Positions 42,824 to 53,132 of a stretch of DNA of 64,000 bases are shown here, one piece after another. This DNA comes from Trypanosoma brucei. Its lineage: Eukaryota. A program made the translations under genes and the position numbers. The stretch covers positions 928,001-992,000 of the forward strand of contig CM000208.1 in assembly GCA_000002445.1 (NCBI GenBank), written 5' to 3'. The first letter of the stretch is position 1; every line of letters begins with the position of its first letter. The notes under the pieces were generated by a model. That model ran no database searches, had not been told where the DNA came from, and worked only from the letters and a program-made list of their open reading frames with translations.

Positions 42824-44269
42824 TCACAACACGTTTGTAGGGGTATGAAGACACAAACACAAACCCATCTGCTCCTTGAGAAGCTGGTCAGCGCTACACG
42901 GTCGGCCTAAACGAAATGACAGACCCCTCCAGTCACAATTACCTCGACGCCCAACACCTCCGTAGGCCGCACCCCACGTAGCACGATGCCACCACGGAAT
43001 TCCTCCGCAAGAGTACCAACTGCGCAGTTGTAGCAGAAGTTCCCCTTCCTTCTCCGCTTTGAGATTGCAATCCTTGGCATTGCCCCCGGATGCATTGATC
43101 TTCCGGACCCCTGAGCTGCACCCCAAACTCTCCGGATACTGTAAATGTTGAAGCTGCGTGTATATCTCCTTTTGAGTTGGGCGTGGCCGCACGTCGGGGC
43201 GCGCCACCGCTTCGTTAATGTACAATAATCGGGGAAGACCACACGAAGCAACCGGCACAAAACGGGGCCCTGCCGCAGAGGCTGCTGAAGAAGGATGGAC
43301 ACCTGTCAAGTTTTTCATTTCAGGGTCCAATACCGGAGATCCTTCATATCCCCGCCGCAATGCGCGAGGATAACCATAGGTCGAGGTAACAGGAGAGTCA
43401 CTTCCCTTCACGGTGTTGATGCTATCAGTGGGTTGCAGTATCCGCCCCCCTGAATATTCTACAACAGGGTCGCTTACAACTGCAGCGTCAACTAGCTCCC
43501 TTTGCATACGGCACCACTGCTCATGCCAATACTCACTAAACGGCACCGCCTCCCGAAGTGATAATTGCCACAGCTGCAGGTGCGTGCTCAAAAGCAGCGG
43601 ATTAAGTGGGCACGCCCAAAAACCTACTACCTCCACCCAGTGCTGAGGACTAAATACCAGGCAACACAGCTTTCCCTCCTTTTCATCGTTAATATATTCA
43701 GCCTGTGGTTCAAAAGCCATAGTAACGGGAATTCGGAGGCAATGTAAGATCATTTTCGAAGTTCTGTGAAGAAACTGGCGCCGAACCCTCTCTGCGGCAA
43801 CGCGGCGCAGCAGTGGATCGATAACACAAAAGCACAACATATAAAATCCATAACAAAATTGGCACATTACGATCTCCGATATCGTGAGCGCTTCATCGCG
43901 GAAATTTAACGGGGTGCACTGTGCCGCCTCAAGCCCATCTAACTGAAGCAGCATTGCCTTCCTGTCCACAGCGGACATGGATTTGAGTGGTAAGTTGTGT
44001 ATCACTTCCCTAAGTTGTTGAATTTTACAGTAGACAGAAAGTCGCTCGCGGTTCGTCGTACACAATGACCCTGGAAGATCCTGAATACTACGATTGAGAA
44101 GAGCATACTGCTGCATTAATTGTAACAAGTACGATTTCTCCGCTTGTATAGACGATTCCATTTCTTCCCGTTCAGTGTATCGATCACCATAAAAATGTTT
44201 GCAAAAGACATACTGCCCGCATCCCGCAAGTGTGGCCCCTAACATCCAAATATGTAACCGCGGCATCAC
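42824..44269 (-). CDS. Hypothetical protein, 481 aa, with a Cys/Trp-rich middle region and a hydrophobic N-terminus.
   Basis: A long ORF in the direction of transcription. The N-terminus (MMPRLHIWMLGATLAGCGQYVFC) is signal-peptide-like. I recognise no domain. Confidence 0.45.
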   Translation of the reverse strand: MMPRLHIWMLGATLAGCGQYVFCKHFYGDRYTEREEMESSIQAEKSYLLQLMQQYALLNRSIQDLPGSLCTTNRERLSVYCKIQQLREVIHNLPLKSMSAVDRKAMLLQLDGLEAAQCTPLNFRDEALTISEIVMCQFCYGFYMLCFCVIDPLLRRVAAERVRRQFLHRTSKMILHCLRIPVTMAFEPQAEYINDEKEGKLCCLVFSPQHWVEVVGFWACPLNPLLLSTHLQLWQLSLREAVPFSEYWHEQWCRMQRELVDAAVVSDPVVEYSGGRILQPTDSINTVKGSDSPVTSTYGYPRALRRGYEGSPVLDPEMKNLTGVHPSSAASAAGPRFVPVASCGLPRLLYINEAVARPDVRPRPTQKEIYTQLQHLQYPESLGCSSGVRKINASGGNAKDCNLKAEKEGELLLQLRSWYSCGGIPWWHRATWGAAYGGVGRRGNCDWRGLSFRLGRPCSADQLLKEQMGLCLCLHTPTNVL

Positions 44270-44485
44270 CGCAACGAGGCTAATTCAGATCTTTGTACCG
44301 TCGGGTTACACCTTTCCACCTCCTGCTCACTTAAAGAAAGGGAGAGAGGTTAAGGTTGCTACAACCCTGAACTCAGCTTCGATTTTGTGTTTATAAGTTG
44401 CCTTTGGACAAAATGGTGATGAAACCACAAAAGAAAGAAATCTGTAATCAAATACATGCATACATACGCACACACGCTCATAAGA

Positions 44486-44509
44486 ATATATATATATATA
44501 TATATATAT
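44486..44509. repeat. (TA)n microsatellite.
   Basis: Perfect run. Confidence 0.9.
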
Positions 44510-45992
44510 TCACGTACTGCATTTTATCAATACAGTTGGTGTTATATTATCATGCAGGTTTCCTATCAAGTAGATGGGTGGCGAGAAGCTAGTAAAGAGT
44601 GTACGTTCTCAACCGGTCAGTTTGTGAAATTTATTTCGCAAACAATAAGCCAAATACGGCTTGCAAACAAAAAAGGAAAAACGAGGGGCAAAGCCAAGAA
44701 CATGTTAACAAAAGAAATACTAAAGGTAACCCCCTACGGTACATCGGAACATATTCACAACAATAAATATTAGCAATGCCTCGCTTACATACGCAACGGT
44801 TGCCCCATGATTTCATATTCCTTACATGGTCCACACGATGGGGGTTAGACAATAAAATCAAGAAAGATGTCGCGACAAGCAAGTTGTATAAGTAGATACA
44901 TGCATATACATGTATATTTAAATATTAATTATGCCTAGGTATGTTGGTAAGGTGCTGGCAGTTTCCAACCATCCCATACCCCCCCCCTACTTTACGAAAA
45001 AAAAAAAGAGAATATCAAAAACAACCAAACCAAGCACAATACACAATTTCATCACGGCATACTACGAGCAGTTGCAATAGCAAAGAAACCAGTAAAAGAC
45101 GATGGCACTACAACATCAATGACAGTCATTACAAGTTTACTGGCGTAGCTCGGCACAGCGCACTTGGTGTCATTTATAAGGAAAAACAACCCACAAGTAG
45201 CAAAAGAGGAACAAACAAAAGGTGTGAATAAAACACCACCGTCATCAAACAAAGCAAATACTTTACAGCTCCGGTGTCACCCGACACACAAAGCCAAAGT
45301 AGATCGTAGTGCCCCACATCAACACCAACAGTGGAAAGGATGCAAACCATCAACAACAACAACAAAACAGCGAACAAAGATGTTGAAACTCGAATTTTTT
45401 TTTTCGCCAAACCGGTTACTTCCTCACGAAACGTATCAAAACGAGTGCGCTAACCCCGTGACTTACCACTGACTAATATATATACATGGGTATATATAAG
45501 TGCACATAAAACCACATATGCACATCTTCGTTTATATAAAGATATATGTACATAGAATAAGTGAGCACCCTCATTTTTTTTTTGCTCATCTGCATAAATG
45601 TAAACGCACAGAGGGGAAAGTTCACAAGTACGGTTATGCCAAATAAACCAGTTGGGTTCGCGGGTACGCAGGGGGGAGGGGGGCGCGGAAAAAGGGAAAG
45701 ATTGTGGTACAATTCCATATGCCCCCCCCCCCAAAAAAAAGAAACAAGAGACTACCTCCCTTTATACACGGAGGAACTTTTCCCGACTCGACAATGCTTC
45801 CCGACATTACAAAAACCAACACAAACACACCAACATATTTATGTGTGCGCACGCACAGAGGTGCAGTCACAATTATATAAAAGTTTCTTCGTTTTCCTTT
45901 TTGCTTCGTTTCTCCTCATCCTCTAATCTTTTGAATACGGCGCATTTCCGGACCTCCCACACATGCATCCACATTCTCTCCTTTCACTACTG

Positions 45993-47642
45993 TTAAAGAT
46001 TTCTGTTGATGATGGACCGCGCAAATACTGCAACAACCAGCCACAAAGTGATCCACAAGAATGAGAGAAACATCACATTAGAAACTGGCGTTATACGAAA
46101 GGTAGTGTCTCCAGGATACGTTTCGGTTGATTTTCCAGGATTTTGCATCAAATGTATCAATAGGCCCTTATGATCTGAAGCACTGAAGTCCTCATTAAAC
46201 AGAACATATCCATCGGGTACGGGTTGCCCGCTTCGAAGAGATTCCGCGGATGACGAGGTGATACTTCCACTTTCCTGAAGACGGTGAACAATATCTTCTG
46301 GGAGCTCCGGCGGCAGCACCCGAACATTGCTGAGCAATGTCCAGTCTAATTTCCCTTTCACGAAACCGTAAAAATCAGGGTTATCCAAGGTGACGGAGCG
46401 CACCTTATCACTTGGATCGTAGAAGCAGAGGCTCTTATTGTCCATCGCCTCCAGTTCCTCGGGGGAAAAACCATACAGAAGTCGGTACATGGTATCGCTG
46501 TTAATGACACGATTATATAACCTCCGTAAGGTAGAAACAATATTGGATAGCTGTGAAGCGGGTTCGGCGCTATCAACCCACTGCATACCCCGCGAAAGTA
46601 TTTTCCGCTGCAACCAACATGATTCCTTCTCGCCGATGCTGAGAAACCGCATTCGATCGTTCGCAACAGTTTTAGACAACCGCACAACGCCGTAAACGAC
46701 AGTGTTGAGATCGCCACCAAGAACGAACGCGGGTTGTTGATCCATTCCTTCGCTCTCCTTTAGCAAAGCGTTAGCATCACGCAACACGTCCACTAACTGC
46801 CGCGCTCGCCCAAGCACCCCACAAAAAATTTCAAAATGGCAGGAGTACAAGTATAAGTCTGGCATAGAGACGTTCTCGCGCTCACAACTTTTGATACAGC
46901 ACCGCATAAAATAACGAAATCCGCAGCGTGGCTCCCGCAACTTAACACCATGCTTCTCCCAGTCCAGCCCAACATAATGCGGAATAGCGGTAACATTACT
47001 TAGAGTGGCGACAGAGGAAAGTATAGCATTCCCATGAAAATGGCGTTGACCCCTTCGCTGCCCCGAAATCCCACCGGCACCAGAATTCCCGCTTCTGCTA
47101 TCCAAATGCAATGTCGGTTGGGAAAGCGGTCCAACAGCGTTTTTCGGGGAGCGAAGTGTCGAGTCCAACTCCTCAAACTCGCAGAGAAAATAAACCTCCA
47201 TTTCTAGGGCCTTTGCCAGTTCTTTGGCCACATTGCGATAACCGGACCGTCGGCAGTTGATATCCAGTTCCTGCAGGATAAGTATATCTGCTTTCAGGGC
47301 ACGGAATGTGTCCTTAACACGATCCCATTGAATGCCTCGCTCGATATTCCACTGGACAACGTGAAACTGATCGGGAAGACGTTTTTCCTTCGCCATCGGC
47401 GTCCTGTAGTCGTAGTGCAGAAATCCTCCTGGAGTCAGTTTTTCCAACTGTTCCTCGGCGCTTTCGTTAAATGTAGCATCGTGCAGACATTCCCTATCGA
47501 TGCGCATCGACGCATGGTTGGCATCCACAAACTTACCGGTACTGGACATGATGCTTATGGGGGTTTCCAAGGATGCAGGAGCAAAAGGAGAGAAGTGACC
47601 ATGTTTTACATAGGGGAAAATACAACACAGAAAGTACAACAA
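45993..47642 (-). CDS. Endonuclease/exonuclease/phosphatase (EEP) fold protein with a C-terminal transmembrane anchor, 549 aa.
   Basis: EEP motifs are present: FHVVQWNIERG (the N-terminal Asn/Glu metal site), ILILQELD, a late GGDLNTV and a terminal SDH. The C-terminus is a hydrophobic helix (VMFLSFLWITLWLVVAVFA). Sphingomyelinase-like and inositol- or nucleic-acid-phosphatase-like activities cannot be told apart by eye. Confidence 0.7.
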   Translation of the reverse strand: MLYFLCCIFPYVKHGHFSPFAPASLETPISIMSSTGKFVDANHASMRIDRECLHDATFNESAEEQLEKLTPGGFLHYDYRTPMAKEKRLPDQFHVVQWNIERGIQWDRVKDTFRALKADILILQELDINCRRSGYRNVAKELAKALEMEVYFLCEFEELDSTLRSPKNAVGPLSQPTLHLDSRSGNSGAGGISGQRRGQRHFHGNAILSSVATLSNVTAIPHYVGLDWEKHGVKLREPRCGFRYFMRCCIKSCERENVSMPDLYLYSCHFEIFCGVLGRARQLVDVLRDANALLKESEGMDQQPAFVLGGDLNTVVYGVVRLSKTVANDRMRFLSIGEKESCWLQRKILSRGMQWVDSAEPASQLSNIVSTLRRLYNRVINSDTMYRLLYGFSPEELEAMDNKSLCFYDPSDKVRSVTLDNPDFYGFVKGKLDWTLLSNVRVLPPELPEDIVHRLQESGSITSSSAESLRSGQPVPDGYVLFNEDFSASDHKGLLIHLMQNPGKSTETYPGDTTFRITPVSNVMFLSFLWITLWLVVAVFARSIINRNL

Positions 47643-48036
47643 CTCTCATCTAACCTTCCTCTACCACATGCGCAGGCCAACCGTTAGTAGCACATAAAGA
47701 ATAACAACAACAACAAAAGACGTGGGAACAGCTGATTTTTAAAACATGTTACCCAAACAAGCATACGGAGCAAGGGTAGGGAGTTTTGGAGGGGGAAAAA
47801 CAGAGGGAAAACGTAATACCAATCAAATGCCCATCACGCTATCGGTTGCCAGTTACACATTCGAATCACGTTTCGCTACCGCTAAAATATAGTTTCCACC
47901 TTCCCCCCCCCATTGTTTTAAATACCAACTCCCCTCCCAGTTTCCCCCGCTGCTCACCATTCATAACAATAGCAATAATGAACTTAACTACCCTCTGGTG
48001 CAGGAGGTAAGTGAGGCGCACCAAACAATCTTCCTT

Positions 48037-48888
48037 CTACACAACAAGATCCGCCTCGGTCACATCATTATCATCTTTACCAGGACTCATGGACAGAAGG
48101 TTCGAAGCTGCAGCAGCGGCATTATCAGCAGCTTCTTTGCGGTCTTTGTTCTGCTGTAAAATTTTCTTCTTCTTCTGAATCATCTTCAAACGGAAGAACT
48201 CCTCACGTTCCTGCTCATCAAGCTCAGAGGAGATGTAATTCAACGTGTTTTCCATTCGTGGGATAACGACCTTCTCTAGTGCATTTACACGTCGACTTGT
48301 TACTTTCTGAGCGACGTCGAGTGTCATCCAACTTACTTGAAGAGAGGCAATTTTCACGAAAAGTTTGAGTGTTTCGCGGAAGGCATCTCGGGCTTCTCGA
48401 AGTTGCTCGCCACCACGACCGATACCGGCGGCGCTTGTTGCTTGTTGTTTGCTAGGGCCGCCTCCACTCCCGTAGTTTCCGTAACTGTTAACTCCACTCC
48501 TGGATTTATTGTTCTGTTGATTACCACCGGCAGCTGTGGACTCATCACGGCTATTACGTTCCGTAAAAGCGGGTACACGAACACCAGCCACGTTATCTAC
48601 GCGTAATGTCAAAGTGTATGTGGGAAGTTTCAACGACTCCTGTACAGCAAGACTAATGTCGCCCGCAATGAATTGTGCCTGTGTGATGGTAAAATAGGAA
48701 CCCTTTATTTGGTCCGCCACCTCCAGCTTTGCACGCCGCAATTCGTCCATAACAGTGCGGTAGCGGAAAGCGAGTGCATCCGCTTTCTTCTTTAGGAGCG
48801 AGTGTCCCTTTTGAGCTCCCTTTAGGCGGGTTTTGAAAGCAATCAGCGACATGCGACTGGGAAGAGCAGTGTACCGGTTCGATGACAT
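48037..48888 (-). CDS. VATD: V-type H+-ATPase subunit D, 283 aa.
   Basis: It aligns end to end with yeast Vma8 and human ATP6V1D (PSRMSLIAFKTRLKGAQKGHSLLKKKADAL...; ...LASLQVSWMTLDVAQKVTSRRVNALEKVVIPRMENTLNYISSELDEQEREEFFRLKMIQ). It carries a lineage-specific Gly/Ser/Asn-rich insertion. Confidence 0.92.
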   Translation of the reverse strand: MSSNRYTALPSRMSLIAFKTRLKGAQKGHSLLKKKADALAFRYRTVMDELRRAKLEVADQIKGSYFTITQAQFIAGDISLAVQESLKLPTYTLTLRVDNVAGVRVPAFTERNSRDESTAAGGNQQNNKSRSGVNSYGNYGSGGGPSKQQATSAAGIGRGGEQLREARDAFRETLKLFVKIASLQVSWMTLDVAQKVTSRRVNALEKVVIPRMENTLNYISSELDEQEREEFFRLKMIQKKKKILQQNKDRKEAADNAAAAASNLLSMSPGKDDNDVTEADLVV

Positions 48889-49526
48889 GATTCAGTGAGT
48901 AATACCAGTTTTTTTGTTGGGAAATTAATAATGTGTGTCTTCGTGTTTTCGGTGGGAAACTTAATGCTACTTAATTTTCGTGGTAAATTTATGTCAAAGA
49001 ATGTATTCTGCCTTAGTGACTCAAAGCGGGTTCAGCGTTTCTTTCTTTTTGTTTGAAGAAATTTTAAAAAACGAGGAAGTAAAAAATTATAATAAAGGAA
49101 AGAGTCAAAGAAGAGGTAAATTAGAAAAAATGGTATTTTATAACGGCCACCTAAGAGGCTTTAGACGATGAATGAAGCCACAAACTTTTAAAAGAAATAA
49201 CATTTGTGATCACAAACACCAACAGTTGTGATAGCGATAACTAATACCTTTAAACGCGAACCTACCAATCTTCACTTTTTCGCCTCATACCAAGTGAGAC
49301 ACCCAAATCCCTTTTGACAAGCCATTCCCAGTGCCTCATCTCCGTTGGTGCTCCGCATGTTGCTCCCTCCTGCCCTCGTTAAACGCATCCACACACATTC
49401 GAACAAGAGCCTGTGGCAAAGAAAAAAAAAAAAGAGCAAACTGCCATCGGAACATGTCACCAGGAAACATAAACGGGGGTAATAAGTTTGCACCTTTGCG
49501 TCATGTTGTCGGTAAAAGGTGGTTTC

Positions 49527-51686
49527 TCACCTTCCATCGCCTTTATTATCACCAACCTCTATCACCAGGCCAGAGGTGCTAATAGCCTCAGTGTTTGAAA
49601 ATGTGCCTTCTTCTGCGTTCCAACTTTCCATCGGCGGTATCTGCTGCTCCGTCTTGGCAACCTCTTGGCGGAGATACTGCGTTAAATCTGCATCGTATTT
49701 GAAGGCGATTTTCTTTGCCTCGGCAACGTGCCGTGTTGCTGCCGCGTACTTTTTCAAGGAGACGTACACTCGAGCTATGTGGTTGAGAGATTCAGCTGTC
49801 GCCATCTCACTACTTTCCCCTCGTGTACGCCGCACGTTCAATGCTTTTTCATGCCAAGTTAGCGCATCTGCATATCGCTTCTGTAGGTGGCAGCAATGGC
49901 CATACGTCGTATACACATCCGCTTGGGCAAGCACGTTAGATCTAGCGGTTTTGGCGTACATGTCGAGTGCACACTTGCACATCTTCTCACAATTCTCCGT
50001 GTCCTCGCGGTGTAGGTAGAGAAGTGCAAAATTACTGTAAGAATACGCGACGGTTGCATGAGTTTCACCGAGCATTTCAATACGGATATCAAGGGCCTCC
50101 TTTAGGCACGCCTCAGCCTTCTCGTAATGATGAAAATCAAGGTAGAGGAGCCCAAGATCATCCAGCACGTCAGTTAAAAAGGTCCGCTGCAGCGGCTCCA
50201 CCTTCGCATTTTCACGAAACTGCTCAATGGAAAGAAGGAAGTACGCCTCGGCATGCGACTCCCGCCGCATGGCGTACACATCACCAATTTTCTGGTATAA
50301 ATACGCTAACTGCGGATCTTTGCCGTTGCTGCTAAGACCACTAGGACTTTTGTTAGCTTTGCGCAACTCCACTGCATTCCGGAAGAGGTCAATAGCACGG
50401 TCCAAATCGCGTCGCTTTACAAGAAGTGAACCAAGGAATGTATACGCTTCCGCCAGCTGCAAGGCACTTGGTCCCAGGGCCTTTTTAATTATGTCAATGC
50501 CTTTTTCGTATGCTTTCTGAGAAGTAGAGTAATCATCGCACAGCTCTTCAATGCGACCAAGTTTCACGAGCTCCTGCCCGTACAGAGCAGAGTCTTCTCC
50601 CAGTGATGCGGCATACGCTCGGCAACTTTCCTCGTAAAATCTCTTCGCTTCACGGAACTGCCGGCGCGCGGCCAGCAGTGATGCTTTACTGCTAGTGGCT
50701 TGAGCCGTTGCGGGTGAGTCACGGCCCAATGAAGCGATACAGATGTCAAGGCACTCCGTGATGCACATTTCTGCCCCGGTAGAATCGTTAATAGTTTTTT
50801 TGAGTTCACACAACTTATTCAACGTTTGTGCGATGATTGGCCTAAACTTGTTGTGGCGCGTGTAAAGGAAGCGACGAATCTCGAGCGCTTCTTCAAGAAA
50901 TACGATAGCGCGATGTTCCTGATTTTGTAGAAGAAACAGCTGTGCACAGTCTGCTAATGCGTGTGCTGCAGAGGCTAGCGGGTGGTTCTGTGGTTCTGTC
51001 AATGCAGCGGCTTCAGCTTCAGCATTATCAGGTAGCCATGAACCCGCCGCGTGGTTGTAACAAACGTCACGAAAGATTTTTATACTCTCGCGAAAGGCCT
51101 TTTCCGCCTCAGGAATGAAATTTAGATGCGTGTATGCCAGCGCAAGAAGAGAAAGACTTTCTGCGTATTTGAGCGACTTGGCTCCTTCAACTTCCTCATA
51201 GATGGCTGCCGCTTCTGTGAGCGCATTTTCCGCCGCGGCCGGCTCGCGCATATCCAGGAAGACGCGACCAATGTTATGTAACGTGGCCGCGCATTTGCTG
51301 TGAATGGGTCCGTACTTCTCTCGTCGCATCGTGAGCGCGCGATCGTAAAGGGAAATCGCATCGCCATAGTTTTTTGTCTGGTGTGCGACTTTAGCAAGGC
51401 CGTTACACTCCTCCCCAAATTCAAATGTCATAGGAGCTCGTCCTGCTGCCTCACGGAAGCCTTTTGGCGCGTACTGCCGGGGCCCAATGAAGCGCTGCTG
51501 AAAGAAAAGTGCGTTCAAACGAATATTGGTAGGCAGCGGAGTGCGACTCCTCAAAAGAAAAATGCCACTGTTTCTTGCTACAGCTGAGTGCTGGCTTCCA
51601 AAGCGAGAAAAAGTGGCGGTGTTCATCATTTTGGCAAACGTTTTGATCACCTTGCGTCCTCCTTTCCCCTCTTGTGTTAGTGTCAA
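49527..51686 (-). CDS. Tetratricopeptide-repeat (TPR) protein, kinesin-light-chain-like, 719 aa.
   Basis: There are about 12 consecutive 34-residue TPR units of the W-LG-Y-A-F-A-P type (for example AHQTKNYGDAISLYDRALTMRREKYGPIHSKCAATLHNIGRVF). The N-terminus has a mitochondrial-presequence-like segment. Confidence 0.75.
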   Translation of the reverse strand: MTLTQEGKGGRKVIKTFAKMMNTATFSRFGSQHSAVARNSGIFLLRSRTPLPTNIRLNALFFQQRFIGPRQYAPKGFREAAGRAPMTFEFGEECNGLAKVAHQTKNYGDAISLYDRALTMRREKYGPIHSKCAATLHNIGRVFLDMREPAAAENALTEAAAIYEEVEGAKSLKYAESLSLLALAYTHLNFIPEAEKAFRESIKIFRDVCYNHAAGSWLPDNAEAEAAALTEPQNHPLASAAHALADCAQLFLLQNQEHRAIVFLEEALEIRRFLYTRHNKFRPIIAQTLNKLCELKKTINDSTGAEMCITECLDICIASLGRDSPATAQATSSKASLLAARRQFREAKRFYEESCRAYAASLGEDSALYGQELVKLGRIEELCDDYSTSQKAYEKGIDIIKKALGPSALQLAEAYTFLGSLLVKRRDLDRAIDLFRNAVELRKANKSPSGLSSNGKDPQLAYLYQKIGDVYAMRRESHAEAYFLLSIEQFRENAKVEPLQRTFLTDVLDDLGLLYLDFHHYEKAEACLKEALDIRIEMLGETHATVAYSYSNFALLYLHREDTENCEKMCKCALDMYAKTARSNVLAQADVYTTYGHCCHLQKRYADALTWHEKALNVRRTRGESSEMATAESLNHIARVYVSLKKYAAATRHVAEAKKIAFKYDADLTQYLRQEVAKTEQQIPPMESWNAEEGTFSNTEAISTSGLVIEVGDNKGDGR

Positions 51687-53132
51687 AACTGCCCCCCTAC
51701 CACTCTTGCCACTTGAAAGTTACGACGGTAATGGAAACAAAAAAGGAGAAAAAATTATAGAAAAATAGTAACGGGAAGAAGGCATTTGTGGCATCCCCTG
51801 TATTGAAGCGTCCGTTGCTTTTTAAAAAAAAAAAATCAATAGGTGTTGTATGTGACGGAGCCTCCTTTTTTCTCTCTTTCTTAATAGCAATATTTTTTTT
51901 AAAAAAATATACACTACAAATTTCTCCGCCTTAATGCACTTAAACAGGAACCGCTGCCCCCTCCCCCCTCGCTTTTTGTCATTTTGCTTTTTTTTTTGAC
52001 TTCGGTTTTTTTAAAAAAAAAACATAAATTATTTTTATCCCACAAGAAAGTGAGAAGGTAAAGACAATCAAAGGTGAATCATTTCCTCTCTTCTTCAACG
52101 TTAACAAAAAGAGAAAAGTTCGAGGGAACAGCGAAACCTAACGACACCACCCGCTTGAACTTACAAAAGTCAGCAGACCGATGTTAAGGGAGTATCCAGA
52201 AAAGGGAGAAAAAATCCGAGAGTAGAAGGGTGCGCGTGAAACGGAAGAAACAAAACATAAAAATGGTCAATGCAAAGAGAAATGCGCAAAAACAAAAACA
52301 AAAAAGATCTGACGGAATGGGTGGAGAAACATCCAGGTTGTTACGGAGGGATAATAGTGAGCAAATATAATGTCATAAATAAATAAAAGATCAGAGGCGA
52401 CGAGGGGTTTAAAAAAAAAAACGCAAATGAAATATGATCATTGCTTCGCTTCTATCTCCCTGCCACAACCCCACCGCACCGTTGGTCCCCTCTGCTTTCC
52501 ACACAAAATAAAGCAGCGGTTGCTTCTCTATACTTCACATCAAGTATTCCCCCTTTTCTTACACACTTGCAACCACGTACTTCCATCAACTTGCCGCAAC
52601 TGGACGCTGAGAAATGTACTTTATTTTGCTTCCGCATCGTTTCCGCTCTCTTGCTCACCTTTCAAAGCAAGGGTATATTCTCCGGAACATGCTTGTTCTG
52701 CGTTGACCAATAAGCAAAAAGTTTCATTCAAATGCATAGTACAAAAACAAGCAAACAAACATAAAGAATGTGGAAAAGTATAATATAACAAGTTCTTTAA
52801 AGGGGGAAAAAAGAGACAAATACAGATGCCTACATCACCTTCTCAGGTACGGACCACAAATCACAGAAATTACTTGTCCCTTCTCATTCATAAATTAACC
52901 AGTTACACGAATGGGCACAGCTACCCATATCAATATATATATATATACGTGAACGTGTAGGCGCACGTCCCCAACAACAGAAATGCTTCCCATTTTTTTC
53001 TGTCTCCGTTAGAGCTTGACGAAGGCACATCAGTGAAACAACATCCCATTTCTCGTGAGGGCATTGCTTGGGCTACACGTAAGCATATTTTAACTTTTGC
53101 TTCGTCCCACGTGCACTTACAGCGCCAGATCG

